DNA from: Candidatus Marsarchaeota archaeon
GTDB taxonomy: Archaea > Micrarchaeota > Micrarchaeia > Micrarchaeales > CABMGC01
NCBI GenBank assembly: GCA_023476545.1
Contig: JAMCYP010000021.1
Coordinates: 1 to 60,535 of the forward strand
Length of the DNA stretch: 60,535 bases
Direction: 5' to 3'
Under the pieces are notes generated by a model that was given only the letters and a program-made list of their open reading frames with translations, had not been told where the DNA came from and did not search any database. Shown here piece by piece: positions 18,624-28,275 of the stretch (position 1 is its first letter; each line of letters opens with the position of its first letter). Both the position numbers and the translations under genes were made by a program.

Positions 18624-19778
18624 ATGGAGTTCAAGGAGGGAGAGAGCCTCATCGTTGTCCACTTTGGCGAGCTGTGGCTCAAGGGCAGGAACAGAAACGA
18701 TTACATAAGGCTGCTCGAGGGCAACATAAGGGAGCAGCTCTCCGACGAGTCCTTTATGCTGGAGCGTCGCTTCGACAGGCTGGTGGTCAGGCCCGACAGC
18801 GCGAAGGACTCCGCGACAATAGCGTCCAAACTGAAGAAGGTGTTTGGGATAAGCACCATAGAGCTCTCCGTGGTCTCGGCTCCGGAACTGAAGAAGATCG
18901 CGGCGGCTGCGAAGGACCTGCTCTCTCGCGAGCCACGGCCGAAGAGCGTCAGGATCAACTCGCACAGGGCATACAAGCAGCTTCCCTTCAAGTCTACTGA
19001 CGTGGTTGAGGAGGTGAGGAAGGCTGCGGAGAAGGCCGGCGTAGAACCGATGATCCGCGACTATGAGCGCGAGCTAAACATAAGCGTGACAAAGGATGCT
19101 GCCTTCCTGACGCTCAACAAGGAGAGGGGCGCTGGCGGCCTTCCCGTGGGAAGCTCCGGCAGGGCGATAGTCCTGATATCCGGCGGCATAGACTCACCAG
19201 TGGCAGCTTGGTATGCGATGAAACGCGGACTCGCCCCGGTCTACCTGCACGTGCACGCTTTCAGGGAGAACTCCGAGGCTGAGAACGGGAAGATGGCAGA
19301 GATACTCGGCGTGCTCTCCGGGTTCTGTCCAGCATCGAGAGCATACTTCGTCCCGTCGTACGCCTTCCAGGCCAACTCCACCCGATTCGGAAAGTACGAG
19401 CTCGTCCTCCTGAAGGCATTCATGCTCAGGCTGGCGGAGAAGCTGGCGAAGAAGGAGGGCGCCGGCGTGATCGTAACCGGAGAGAGCCTGGGCCAGGTGG
19501 CGTCGCAGACCTCTAGCAACCTGATGGCGGAGCAGCAGGGGATCAAGCTTCCGATACTGCGCCCCCTGATAGGGCTCGACAAGGAGGAGATAGTGCAGCT
19601 GGCGAAGAGGATCGGCACCTTCGAACCCTCGATCAAGCCGTACAAGGACGTCTGCTCCATAAACGCGAAGAACCCCAAGACGAAGAGCAAGGCAGCTGAT
19701 GTGAAGCAGATGCTGAAGAAGATGGGAGTCGGGCGGATAGTTGCAAGGAGCATCGCCGCGTCGAGCGTTTCAGGCTAG
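18624..19778 (+). CDS. thiI: tRNA 4-thiouridine synthase ThiI
   Basis: GELWLKGRNR, THUMP domain, GGLPVG, PP-loop SGGIDSPVA, TGESLGQVASQT. Confidence 0.94.
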   Translation: MEFKEGESLIVVHFGELWLKGRNRNDYIRLLEGNIREQLSDESFMLERRFDRLVVRPDSAKDSATIASKLKKVFGISTIELSVVSAPELKKIAAAAKDLLSREPRPKSVRINSHRAYKQLPFKSTDVVEEVRKAAEKAGVEPMIRDYERELNISVTKDAAFLTLNKERGAGGLPVGSSGRAIVLISGGIDSPVAAWYAMKRGLAPVYLHVHAFRENSEAENGKMAEILGVLSGFCPASRAYFVPSYAFQANSTRFGKYELVLLKAFMLRLAEKLAKKEGAGVIVTGESLGQVASQTSSNLMAEQQGIKLPILRPLIGLDKEEIVQLAKRIGTFEPSIKPYKDVCSINAKNPKTKSKAADVKQMLKKMGVGRIVARSIAASSVSG

Positions 19779-19813
19779 CAAACGTTTTATATGTACTGGT
19801 TTTATCTTAGAAC

Positions 19814-20434
19814 ATGGACCTGCTGGCGCGCACACTGATCTTAGCTGTGATACTGATAGCCATAATCTTCGGCGTCTACTACGCGCTACAGAACAGCGTA
19901 TTCCAGCACGTTACGCAGCAGCAGGCGGCATCGCTGGTCACCTCTGACCTGCAGCGCCTCTATCCCAGCGCTTTGATAAACATAACAAACAACACGCCTT
20001 CCAACTACTCCGGAAGCTGGCACGTTGTGGCCTCGGTGGTGCTCAACTCAACTTCGGTCTGCCCGTCATACTTCGTCTACACGTTCGACTATCCGCAGTT
20101 CGGCTTCGTCTACAGGGTGGACAACACGTACACGAGCAACTGCGTCGTATACGGGCTCAGCAACAAGTCATTCATCATCTCCTCCTTCCCGGTGGCGGTG
20201 ACAAGGGCTTACACGCTCGGAATACCCGCAGTGAAGGCTTTCGTTGAAGGCTCGGGATTCAGCAACGTGGTCACCCACGCAAACTTCTTCAACTACACCG
20301 ACGTGCAGGGCAGCAACTACACCAACGTCTGGATCGTAAACTACTCATCGCCTGAGAAGAACTACACGCTGTACGTGGCTCTCTCGCAGCTGAACGGCAC
20401 GCTGCTCAAGACCTTCAACATCTCGAGCTCATAG
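19814..20434 (+). CDS. hypothetical membrane-anchored secreted protein
   Basis: N-terminal TM helix, many N-glycosylation sequons, two Cys. Confidence 0.75.
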   Translation: MDLLARTLILAVILIAIIFGVYYALQNSVFQHVTQQQAASLVTSDLQRLYPSALINITNNTPSNYSGSWHVVASVVLNSTSVCPSYFVYTFDYPQFGFVYRVDNTYTSNCVVYGLSNKSFIISSFPVAVTRAYTLGIPAVKAFVEGSGFSNVVTHANFFNYTDVQGSNYTNVWIVNYSSPEKNYTLYVALSQLNGTLLKTFNISSS

Positions 20435-20884
20435 ATGCCTGATTAGAACCAGCGACTCCTCCCCTTCCTGCTCCCTGAAACCGCAGCGCGAGAAGAACCT
20501 CGCCGCGCCCTCGTTCCTGTCGTCCACCTCCGCGTATACCTCGAGCATCTTGAACAGCCTGGCCTTGTCAGCGCACCTCTCCACCAGCCTCCGCCCCAGG
20601 CCTTTGCCCCTGTGCGCCTTGTCTACTATTATGCCTATCATCCCGCCAGCGTCTGTGGTCTTTGCTATCTCGCAGTCTGCGATCACCTGGCCGTTGTCTA
20701 TCGCTATCAGGTCAGCAACAGTGCGGCCGCGCATCCCGTCCAGCTTCTTCCTCATTATGGACTCTAGCTCTTCGGTGCTGGGTCTTGCACTGAATGTGGT
20801 GGCGAACGGTATCTCGTCATAGATCCTCAATATAAGCGCGGCCAGGCCTGCAAAGTCGCCCTCGTCCGGCTCCCTTATCTGCAT
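20429..20884 (-). CDS. GNAT family N-acetyltransferase
   Basis: HRGKGLG motif A, N..A..F..CGF motif B. Confidence 0.9.
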   Translation of the reverse strand: MQIREPDEGDFAGLAALILRIYDEIPFATTFSARPSTEELESIMRKKLDGMRGRTVADLIAIDNGQVIADCEIAKTTDAGGMIGIIVDKAHRGKGLGRRLVERCADKARLFKMLEVYAEVDDRNEGAARFFSRCGFREQEGEESLVLIRHL

Positions 20885-20925
20885 CCAAATACGGTTTTAA
20901 GCTTTCTCATTTTAATATCTGTGCG

Positions 20926-21120
20926 ATGACGATTTCTAAACTGACGGCAAAGAAGATACTGAAGAGCGTGGGCGGCGCGCGCATAAGCGAGAGCGCAGCC
21001 ATGGAGCTGTCTGAGACGCTCAACGCGTATGCCTACTCTATAGCAAGGAAGGCGGTCAAGCTGGCAAAGCACGCTAGGCGAAAAACAGTGAAGAGCTCGG
21101 ATATCCGACTGGCTAAATGA
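20926..21120 (+). CDS. archaeal histone
   Basis: GARISESA, AKHARRKTVKSSDI histone-fold motifs. Confidence 0.93.
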   Translation: MTISKLTAKKILKSVGGARISESAAMELSETLNAYAYSIARKAVKLAKHARRKTVKSSDIRLAK

Positions 21121-21394
21121 CGATTCCGAACCACTGCAGTATGACTATCGTGCCTATTCCTGCAATTCCGAAGATCGCGGTGGATATGATGACCGGCAGC
21201 GTGAATGGTATTGACATGCCGAAGTAGGAGTTCGCCAGGTAGAGTGTGATGAAGCCGAGTATCGTGTTTGATATAACTCCAAAGATCAGCTTGAAGAAGA
21301 GCTTGCCGATCTTCCACAGAACCACCGCCACTATTGCCAATGCTATTAGCAGCCATACGCCAGAAAGCGCGGTTCCGAATATAGTAATTGCCAT
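21113..21394 (-). CDS. small membrane protein, BofA-like family
   Basis: Three hydrophobic helices, NTILG..L, IPF, FGIAG. Confidence 0.6.
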   Translation of the reverse strand: MAITIFGTALSGVWLLIALAIVAVVLWKIGKLFFKLIFGVISNTILGFITLYLANSYFGMSIPFTLPVIISTAIFGIAGIGTIVILQWFGIVI

Positions 21395-21438
21395 CTCATC
21401 CCGCATAGCCTTATAAACCATAAGAATAAAAAGATGTC

Positions 21439-21675
21439 CAGTGGTGTGCGGGTGGCTTACGGTCGCAAGACCGAGGAAGCTCCCTCCACGCAGAGCATGC
21501 AGAGGGCTTAAGGCCCGAATCGGAAAAGAAACGCAGCGCAAGTGTACACAAGCGATGACAAGACGAGCGTGCATGTGTGCTTGAAACGGCCGAGGTGCAT
21601 GCTGTGAGCGCGCAAGGCAACAGCCGCTTAGTCGAATGCCACCTAGAACAGAAGAGGGGCTACGGCACACCACTG
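21439..21675 (+). ncRNA. rnpB: RNase P RNA (compact)
   Basis: P1 CAGTGGTGTGC/GCACACCACTG; P2 GGTGGC/GCCACC; CR-I GAGGAAGCTCCC; CR-II/III GGAAAAGAAAC and TTGAAACGGC; CR-V AACAGAAGAGGGGCTA; upstream TTATAAA. Confidence 0.93.
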
Positions 21676-21710
21676 ATGCTTAATTCGCAAATTGGTTGGA
21701 GTGGGAAACG

Positions 21711-22790
21711 ATGGGTGGGGCTTCTAGCTTCGTAACCGGTGTTCTAACCACAGTAACCGCGCTGCTGATCGCGTTGGTCGCTTACTCGCTGATCACACAC
21801 TATGCGCTTAACCAGAACAACCCTCTCTCCTCATTCGTGAACGTCACGTCCACGGTAGTGTCCACGGTCACCACTGCAGGGTCTGCGCCCGCCACCACAA
21901 CCGTGCAGTCCAACTACACGCAGACGAGCGCCGCGCTGGAGCAGTACGCACTCGGCCTGATCAACGCGGACCGGCAGAAGTACGGGCTTGGCAATGTCAC
22001 GCTCTCTAGCGAGCCGTCCGCGCAGCAGCATTCGGACAGCATGCTTGTCAACAATTACTTCAGCCACTGGGATCCGTACGGGATGAAGCCGTACATGCGC
22101 TACACCCTGGTCGGCGGCCTCGGGGCCGCGACCGAGAACGTGGCCTATAGGGAGAGCGAGAGTTGCGGAGTGTTCGGATGCACGGGCAACGTGAACGTCA
22201 AGCAGGCGCTGCAGCAGATGGAGTACGACATGATGTACAACGACTCAGCGTGCTGCAACAACGGGCACAGGGACAACATACTCGATCCCAACCACAACCA
22301 GGTCAGCATAGGGATAGCGTACAACTCGAGTAGCGTCTACTTCACCGAAGACTTCATAGACAACTACATAAACTGGAGCAACTATGGGATCAATCCCTCA
22401 ACTGACGAGATGTACGTGGAGGGCAAGATCAACGGCGGCAGCACCCTCTCTACAGTGCAGATCGCATACGACAAGCCAGTGGAGAACATGACCGTTGCCC
22501 AGCTGGACAACACCTCATCGTACAGCTACGGGCCAACGATCGCGGGGGTGGTCAGCAGCCCGCTTTATTACTACGCGAACATAGAGACGATAGTCGCAGA
22601 CCAATACAGCACCAGCGGAAAGAGCTTCAGCGTCGCGTTCAACATGCACAACACCATAAGCAAGAACGGCCCTGGAGAGTACACGGTGCTGGTCTGGCTG
22701 AACAACACCTCAGGGGCGGGCTTCGTGGGCTCGACATACACCGTATTTGCGGGCGCAGGCGGCAGTATCTACACCCCGAAAAACGTCTAG
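21711..22790 (+). CDS. CAP/SCP domain secreted protein
   Basis: LINADR..YGL, AQQHSDSM..NYFSH, ENVA, GHRDNIL, VSIGI. Confidence 0.88.
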   Translation: MGGASSFVTGVLTTVTALLIALVAYSLITHYALNQNNPLSSFVNVTSTVVSTVTTAGSAPATTTVQSNYTQTSAALEQYALGLINADRQKYGLGNVTLSSEPSAQQHSDSMLVNNYFSHWDPYGMKPYMRYTLVGGLGAATENVAYRESESCGVFGCTGNVNVKQALQQMEYDMMYNDSACCNNGHRDNILDPNHNQVSIGIAYNSSSVYFTEDFIDNYINWSNYGINPSTDEMYVEGKINGGSTLSTVQIAYDKPVENMTVAQLDNTSSYSYGPTIAGVVSSPLYYYANIETIVADQYSTSGKSFSVAFNMHNTISKNGPGEYTVLVWLNNTSGAGFVGSTYTVFAGAGGSIYTPKNV

Positions 22791-22863
22791 AGACGCACCA
22801 GCAAGGGTTAAAGGTGTTCCCTTCAAGAACCATCTTGCCAGTTTGGAACCGGTGTGACTAGTT

Positions 22864-23168
22864 ATGCTGCCAGTAGGATTAGTCTTCATATTCATCGCGG
22901 GCATCTCGTTCCTAGGATTCATAATAAACGCCCTGTTCGAAAAGGTCAAGATAACCAGCATACTGCCGCTCATGGTAATGGGCCTGCTCGTGGGCCCGGT
23001 CATGGGGCTGATAAGCACCAACACGTAGAGCACGATAACGCAGTTGGCGCCCTACGTAGCCGCTATCGCCATCTCCTTCATAATCCTCGACGTCGGAATC
23101 AACATCAAGCTGAAGAGCCCCGATCATGCCGACTATCTGGTCGCTGTTCGCCTTCACGTTCCGCTAAT
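22864..23168 (+). pseudogene. degraded cation:proton antiporter (CPA) N-terminus
   Basis: MLPVGLVFIFIAG...LMVMGLLVGPVMG, in-frame TAG at 23026-23028, then APYVAAIAISFIILDVGINI; ends shortly before the tRNA-Glu 3' end. Confidence 0.65.
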
Positions 23169-23200
23169 TCCACGGCATCTCGTACTCCCCCTGCTGGTTT

Positions 23201-23275
23201 TGCTCCGACCGGGATTTGAACCCGAGTTACAGACTTGAGAGGCCTGTGTCCTTGACCGGACTAGACGATCGGAGC
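23201..23275 (-). tRNA. tRNA-Glu(CTC)
   Basis: Reverse complement GCTCCGA..ACAGGC-CTCTCAA-GTCTGT..GGTTCAAATCC..TCGGAGCA. Confidence 0.95.
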
Positions 23276-23325
23276 ACGCTTTTATAGGTTCTTTGCCTGA
23301 ATATATAATAGTTACGCGTGTTCTC

Positions 23326-24540
23326 ATGCTTCTGTACGAAAAGTATACTCCGCACTCGCTGAAAGAGCTGATAGGGAACAGGTTAGGCATAGCTCGGGTC
23401 GGGAAGTTCGGCACTGAAGTGAGTTCTGGCAAGAAGCCAAAGCCGATACTGATCTACGGCCCGAGTGGCACTGGGAAGACCGTGGCGCTGCGCGCGCTCG
23501 CGGAACAGAACGGGTTCGAGACACTGGAGCTGACCTCAAGCGACTACCGCGACGCGGAGACGCTGAAGAAGAGGCTGCTTCCCGCGGCCAGCAGCCGTGG
23601 CCTCTTCGCAAAGACCACGCTCATAATATTCGACGAGATTGACGAGCTTTCGGGGAGGTTCGACAAGGGTGCCGAGAGCGTCATAACGCAGATGCTCAAG
23701 GAGACAAAGCAGCCTATCGCTTTCACCGCAATGGACTTCTGGGACAGGCGCATAAGCTTCCTCAGAACCCGCGTGGACAGGGTAGAGTTCAAGAAGCTGG
23801 AGTCGAAGGAGCTGATAGCGTACATGAGGTCGATCTGCGAGGCCGAGAAACAACAGGTGGAGGAAGGCGTGCTGCGCGAGATCGCATACAGGGGAGACGG
23901 CGATGTGCGCGCGTCCCTGAACGACCTCCAGATGGTCTTCATGGGCGGGAACGATATACTGGACAACCTTGTAGTCAGGAACCGCAAGCTTGAGATATTC
24001 CGTGTGCTTGATCGCATCTTCATGACCAACAGCTTCTCCATGGCGAAGACCGCAGTGGAGACCAGCGACGTAGACCTGGACATGCTGATAAACTGGGTTG
24101 ACGAGAACATACCAAACAGGTACTGGATAAAAGAGTCGGTAAACAAGGCGTACGAGCACCTCTCCTTCGCGAGCAGGTTCTTCGAGATGGCGGAAAGAGT
24201 GCGTTACTACGGCTACATGAAATACACGAACGTGGGCATCGCCGGAGTGTCGATTTCGAGCGGTGGGAACACCAAGTACGTCAGCCCGTACGCCTTCCCT
24301 TCAAGGGTCAAGTACCTCAGCACCACAAAGGAGGCGAGAGGCGTGCAGAACAGGATCGCATACAAGTTCTCCCCGTACCTGCACACCAACAAGCACGAGA
24401 TAATTGGCTTGTATCTGCCCCTCTTCCAGAAGCTCTTTGAGAAGGTATCGGCGGAGAGGAGAGGGGAGATTGTAGACTCCCTCGAGAACGATTTCAAGCT
24501 GGAGAAGGACGAGATCGAGTTCCTCGCGCCAAACTCCTAG
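23326..24540 (+). CDS. rfcL: replication factor C large subunit
   Basis: EKYTP, GPSGTGKT, ELTSSD.R, FDEID, GDVRASLNDLQ, WVDENIP. Confidence 0.9.
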   Translation: MLLYEKYTPHSLKELIGNRLGIARVGKFGTEVSSGKKPKPILIYGPSGTGKTVALRALAEQNGFETLELTSSDYRDAETLKKRLLPAASSRGLFAKTTLIIFDEIDELSGRFDKGAESVITQMLKETKQPIAFTAMDFWDRRISFLRTRVDRVEFKKLESKELIAYMRSICEAEKQQVEEGVLREIAYRGDGDVRASLNDLQMVFMGGNDILDNLVVRNRKLEIFRVLDRIFMTNSFSMAKTAVETSDVDLDMLINWVDENIPNRYWIKESVNKAYEHLSFASRFFEMAERVRYYGYMKYTNVGIAGVSISSGGNTKYVSPYAFPSRVKYLSTTKEARGVQNRIAYKFSPYLHTNKHEIIGLYLPLFQKLFEKVSAERRGEIVDSLENDFKLEKDEIEFLAPNS

Positions 24541-25055
24541 GCGTATCTGCGCAGCGCGCTGTACTCTGCCTGGGACAAGAACTCGCTTGTTTTAAGGACC
24601 GCAAGGTCTCCTGGCGCTATTCCACACTGGTTTGCACGTGGCTCATCAACAACTATGTAGTCGCCGAGCGTCTTCTTTATGTCCAATCCGCCAGGCTCAC
24701 CACCCTCATTTATCACCACTTTGCTGTCTGCGCCTGTCAGCAGTTCGTCGCCCTCCCTGAGAAAGCCCAAGAGCCTATCAAAGTTTCTCACCAGCGTGTG
24801 GTTGAACACTCGCATCACGTCATCCACCCCGCGCTGCAGCTCTGTCAGTCTTATGATGTCCATGTCAAAGACGGTGTCTTGTATTTCTGGCCTAACCGAA
24901 AACGACTGTATCGCCTTACTGGCTATCTGCGCACTTTCCTGCGTTCCTATCTCCCCGCTCATCACCGGCTGGGTTACCCTCAGCATGCCAAACTCCGCGC
25001 TAGCGTCGCTTCGCAACGTTCTAAGCGTGCAGATAAGTCTAACGGTTTCAGACAC
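24537..25055 (-). CDS. hypothetical protein
   Basis: 172 aa ORF filling the gap between rfcL and pheT, TATA-like TTTAAATA upstream. Confidence 0.55.
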   Translation of the reverse strand: MSETVRLICTLRTLRSDASAEFGMLRVTQPVMSGEIGTQESAQIASKAIQSFSVRPEIQDTVFDMDIIRLTELQRGVDDVMRVFNHTLVRNFDRLLGFLREGDELLTGADSKVVINEGGEPGGLDIKKTLGDYIVVDEPRANQCGIAPGDLAVLKTSEFLSQAEYSALRRYA

Positions 25056-25124
25056 GTTCTCCCGGTCGCGCGCATACTAGAGCTGAAATATTTAAAAAGA
25101 CTGTATACAACCTACGGACAACTG

Positions 25125-26792
25125 TCAATCTCTGCCGGCGGCGCTCTCCTTCCCCGGATTCAACCACTCTGAGAGCTCTATCTCAAAGCCTACAGCCGGC
25201 TCTTCTATTCCGAAACGGGTCAAGACTTCCGGGTGCACCTCTCCCAGAACTCCTATGCTCTTTTTGTCTACTTCGACAGTTGCGCACCTCCCCTCTATGA
25301 AGCTTCGGTTATCGGTCTCGGTCATCGTGCACTCGGAACCGAGCGCGCGCAGCATGCCCTCGAGCGCGGCCTTTGCCTCGTTGAAGTTGGCTTTTGAATG
25401 GCACGATACCGCCGCGAGGTGGTACCTCTCCTCCGGAGCGTTCCCCCTTATTCCGAATACCATATCCGCCTCAAAGAGCCTGAGCGGGAAGCTGTCGTGC
25501 ATCGACTGGCCTACGCCTTTCAGCAACGAGGGCAGCATCCACGTGCGCAGCATCGTGGCCAACCCCGACCTCGGGTTTGTTATGTTTACGTAATCCTTCT
25601 TGTTCTCCTGGCGCATCTTGGAGAAGTTGGTCTCCTCGTTCGTAAGATAGGAGTTCATCGCCTCTTCGAACCCGAGCCCGATCATCGTCTCTATTACCGA
25701 GTCCAACCTCCTGCTCTTGGCTTCAAGGTTTCCCATCGTGCCCGAGAGCACAGGCACCGGCTGTATGTAATCGTATCCGTACCCTACCGCTATGTCCTCT
25801 ATTATGTCCTGCTCGTCGACATAATCGAGTCTGTAAGGCGGAGAGCTAACGCGTATGTTCTTGCCCACGAGCGCGGCTTCATGGCCCATCTTGTTCGCCA
25901 GGAGTATGGCGTTGTTGAAGCCTATCGTGACCCCTATCTCGCTGTCTATCTGCTTCAGCGGTATGCTGAACTTCTTTACCTTCATCTCAGGCAGCATGCG
26001 CCCTCTCCCGCCGTATGCCACCTCGACCCTGCTTACCTTGAATCCTCGGTCGATGAAGTCAGCGGCAAGAAGATCAGCCGTGCCCTCTATTATCTCCCTG
26101 GTGCCGCCGGTTATGTCGACGAGCATGCGAGTGGTGCTGGCAGACACCCGTGTCCTCTCCGAGTTGATTACCGGTATGAGCGACATCGTGCCCTTCTTGT
26201 CCTTCAGAGCGACGTACCTGTCGCCCTCCCTGCACAGCTTCTCGTATCTCTTCCCGCGCTTGTCGCTGCCCATCACCGCGCTGTACTTCATCTTGGTCTT
26301 CGAGCCAAGCGGCACGAACTCTTCGTCCTCGTAGGCGTCGTAGGTCAGCGGACCGTGCACGTCCCGCATGTCGTGCAGGCCGAGCGCTATTCTGACCCTC
26401 TTCCTGCCGTATGTGTTGCTCAGCTTTTCGGTGAAGTTGATTATGTCGAGCAGATCGTCCTCTCCGAGCCGCATGTTCTCTACAACAAGCGCCGCTATGT
26501 ACGGCCTGATCTTGGATACGTGGCTCCCGACGCTGATCTTCAGGCCGTCACCCTTTCCGACGCTGTAGCCGAAGCTCCTGCTCCTCCTCATGTAGTATCT
26601 TACCGCCCTGGCAAGGCCGAGCGTACTTATCATGTCCGGCCTGTTTGCCGGGTACTCCACCTCGATCTCCTCTGCCGTTATCCTCTTCACGTTAGGCCCC
26701 ATGCTCTCTATGTTCTTCACCAGCTCCTTGTCGTCTGTCTTGAAGCCCAGCACCTTGAGCATGTACTTCTTGCTGTGTATCGTTACCGGCAT
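25125..26792 (-). CDS. pheT: phenylalanine--tRNA ligase beta subunit
   Basis: NRPD, GLHD, PVINSERT, PPYRLD..D.IEDIA..YGY, GEVHPEVL. Confidence 0.95.
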   Translation of the reverse strand: MPVTIHSKKYMLKVLGFKTDDKELVKNIESMGPNVKRITAEEIEVEYPANRPDMISTLGLARAVRYYMRRSRSFGYSVGKGDGLKISVGSHVSKIRPYIAALVVENMRLGEDDLLDIINFTEKLSNTYGRKRVRIALGLHDMRDVHGPLTYDAYEDEEFVPLGSKTKMKYSAVMGSDKRGKRYEKLCREGDRYVALKDKKGTMSLIPVINSERTRVSASTTRMLVDITGGTREIIEGTADLLAADFIDRGFKVSRVEVAYGGRGRMLPEMKVKKFSIPLKQIDSEIGVTIGFNNAILLANKMGHEAALVGKNIRVSSPPYRLDYVDEQDIIEDIAVGYGYDYIQPVPVLSGTMGNLEAKSRRLDSVIETMIGLGFEEAMNSYLTNEETNFSKMRQENKKDYVNITNPRSGLATMLRTWMLPSLLKGVGQSMHDSFPLRLFEADMVFGIRGNAPEERYHLAAVSCHSKANFNEAKAALEGMLRALGSECTMTETDNRSFIEGRCATVEVDKKSIGVLGEVHPEVLTRFGIEEPAVGFEIELSEWLNPGKESAAGRD

Positions 26793-26793
26793 C

Positions 26794-28275
26794 TCAAACC
26801 CCACCCATCTTCCTGAGCCATCCGACGCTCGAGCCGTAAAGATCAGCTATGCTGTCTATCTCCTTCTTGACGAGGAGTATCCTCTCCACCCCCGGCCCCC
26901 ACGCCAGCACGTTTATCCTGCGCCTCTCTATTCCTGTTATCTCCTTCCTTATCACCCCCGCCCCCCCGAGCTCTATCCACTCGTCGCCGTGCTTGCCAAG
27001 GAGCTGCACTCCCGGCTCTACGAAAGGATAATACATCGGCTTGAACCTCAGGTTTCCGATTCCGAGGCCCTTGTAGAGCTTTGTCAGCACGTCGAAGAGG
27101 TTTGCCAGGGTAAGGTCCTTGCCTATGATTATGCCGTCATGCTGGTAGAAGTCAGTGGTGTGCTTAGGGTCTATCGTCTCATTCCTGAGGTTCCTTCCTA
27201 TGGTGAACAGCTTTACAGGCAGTTCGTACTTCTTGCCTGCGTTGATCTCCCCTATCACCTTGTTTATGTATCTACCGCTCACGCTTGTGGTGTGCGTCCT
27301 GGCCACGGCGCGCATCGCCACCTGCTTCGACCACTCCCCGTGCCACGCGGCCTCGTGCTCCTTCTTGATTCGATCTACCAGCTGCGCGTCTTCGATGTTA
27401 AGCTCGCTCGGCCTGCCGAGGAAGAACGTGTCCTGCACGTCCCTGGCAGGATGATCCTGTGGCACGAAGAGGTAATCGAATACCCAGAACGCCGGCTCTA
27501 TTATGGGCCCGCTCACCTCCGTGAATCCGAGGCCGAGGTATGCCTGCCTTATGTCGTCTATGGTCTTGCGGAGCGGATGCCTCCCGGCAACCACCGCCGC
27601 CTCTACTGGTGCCTTTACGTTGTATGCTTGAAACCTCCTCTTCGCCCATGACCTGTTCTTTATCGCGCTCCTGTCCAGCGCCTCTATGCTCTCCTCCGCC
27701 TGCCTGTCCTTCGCCAGTGTGAGTATGCCCTGCTGTGTTATCTCCACCTCTCCCAGAGCCTCCTTCTCCTTTATCTCAACGAGCTTCCTCTGCACCAGCT
27801 CCTTTATCGCGTCGCTGCCCCTGTACTTCTTGTATGCTGTGCTGTCCTTGTGCAGTTCCCTGAGCGCGGTGCCCGACTCTATGCCCTCCCTCGACGCGCG
27901 CTTGCCCGCTTCGGTGACAGTGATCCGCCCGCCTTCTATCTCTACCAGTCCTTTTCTCTTGGCCCAGCTTATGCCAATCTGGTCCTCTTTGCCCGAGAGA
28001 TCCGCCATGCTGGCTCCCTTTCCTGATGCTTTCCGCAGGATCGCGAGTTCGGGCAGGCCGTTCTTCGCATAGTCCTCGCCCTCCTTGCTTATCCTTAGCT
28101 CGTACTCTCCCTCACGCTTCACAACCACAAGCTTCTGCTTCTCGAGATTGCTTATGGCCCACACGGCCTCGTCTTTTCCGAGGCCTGACTGCTTCAGCAG
28201 CTCGCCGAAGCTCATGCGTCTCTTCTCTTTGAGTGCGGTGAGCACAGATAGCTCGTGCCTATGCAAACGATTCAC
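26794..28275 (-). CDS. pheS: phenylalanine--tRNA ligase alpha subunit
   Basis: FDYLFVPQDHPARDVQDTFF, RTHTT, YYPFVEP, WGPGVER. Confidence 0.96.
   Translation of the reverse strand: MNRLHRHELSVLTALKEKRRMSFGELLKQSGLGKDEAVWAISNLEKQKLVVVKREGEYELRISKEGEDYAKNGLPELAILRKASGKGASMADLSGKEDQIGISWAKRKGLVEIEGGRITVTEAGKRASREGIESGTALRELHKDSTAYKKYRGSDAIKELVQRKLVEIKEKEALGEVEITQQGILTLAKDRQAEESIEALDRSAIKNRSWAKRRFQAYNVKAPVEAAVVAGRHPLRKTIDDIRQAYLGLGFTEVSGPIIEPAFWVFDYLFVPQDHPARDVQDTFFLGRPSELNIEDAQLVDRIKKEHEAAWHGEWSKQVAMRAVARTHTTSVSGRYINKVIGEINAGKKYELPVKLFTIGRNLRNETIDPKHTTDFYQHDGIIIGKDLTLANLFDVLTKLYKGLGIGNLRFKPMYYPFVEPGVQLLGKHGDEWIELGGAGVIRKEITGIERRRINVLAWGPGVERILLVKKEIDSIADLYGSSVGWLRKMGGV

Noticed and set aside
18425-19000. 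191 aa ORF in the track
   Set aside because: It overlaps the real L24e and thiI genes in other frames.
21395-21673. N-terminal part of ORF 21113-21673
   Set aside because: It is the antisense of the RNase P RNA; the real CDS starts near 21394.
23026-23028. In-frame TAG as evidence of stop-codon recoding by the aaRS paralogues
   Set aside because: TAG ends core genes here (rps12, rps7, EF-2, smc), the fragment is also truncated, and no suppressor-like tRNA is visible in the window.
25398-27651. Long antisense ORFs (e.g. 25398-26816, 26632-27651; also 1529-2437, 32365-33432, 37156-38106)
   Set aside because: Shadow frames of well-supported genes, caused by GC3 codon bias.
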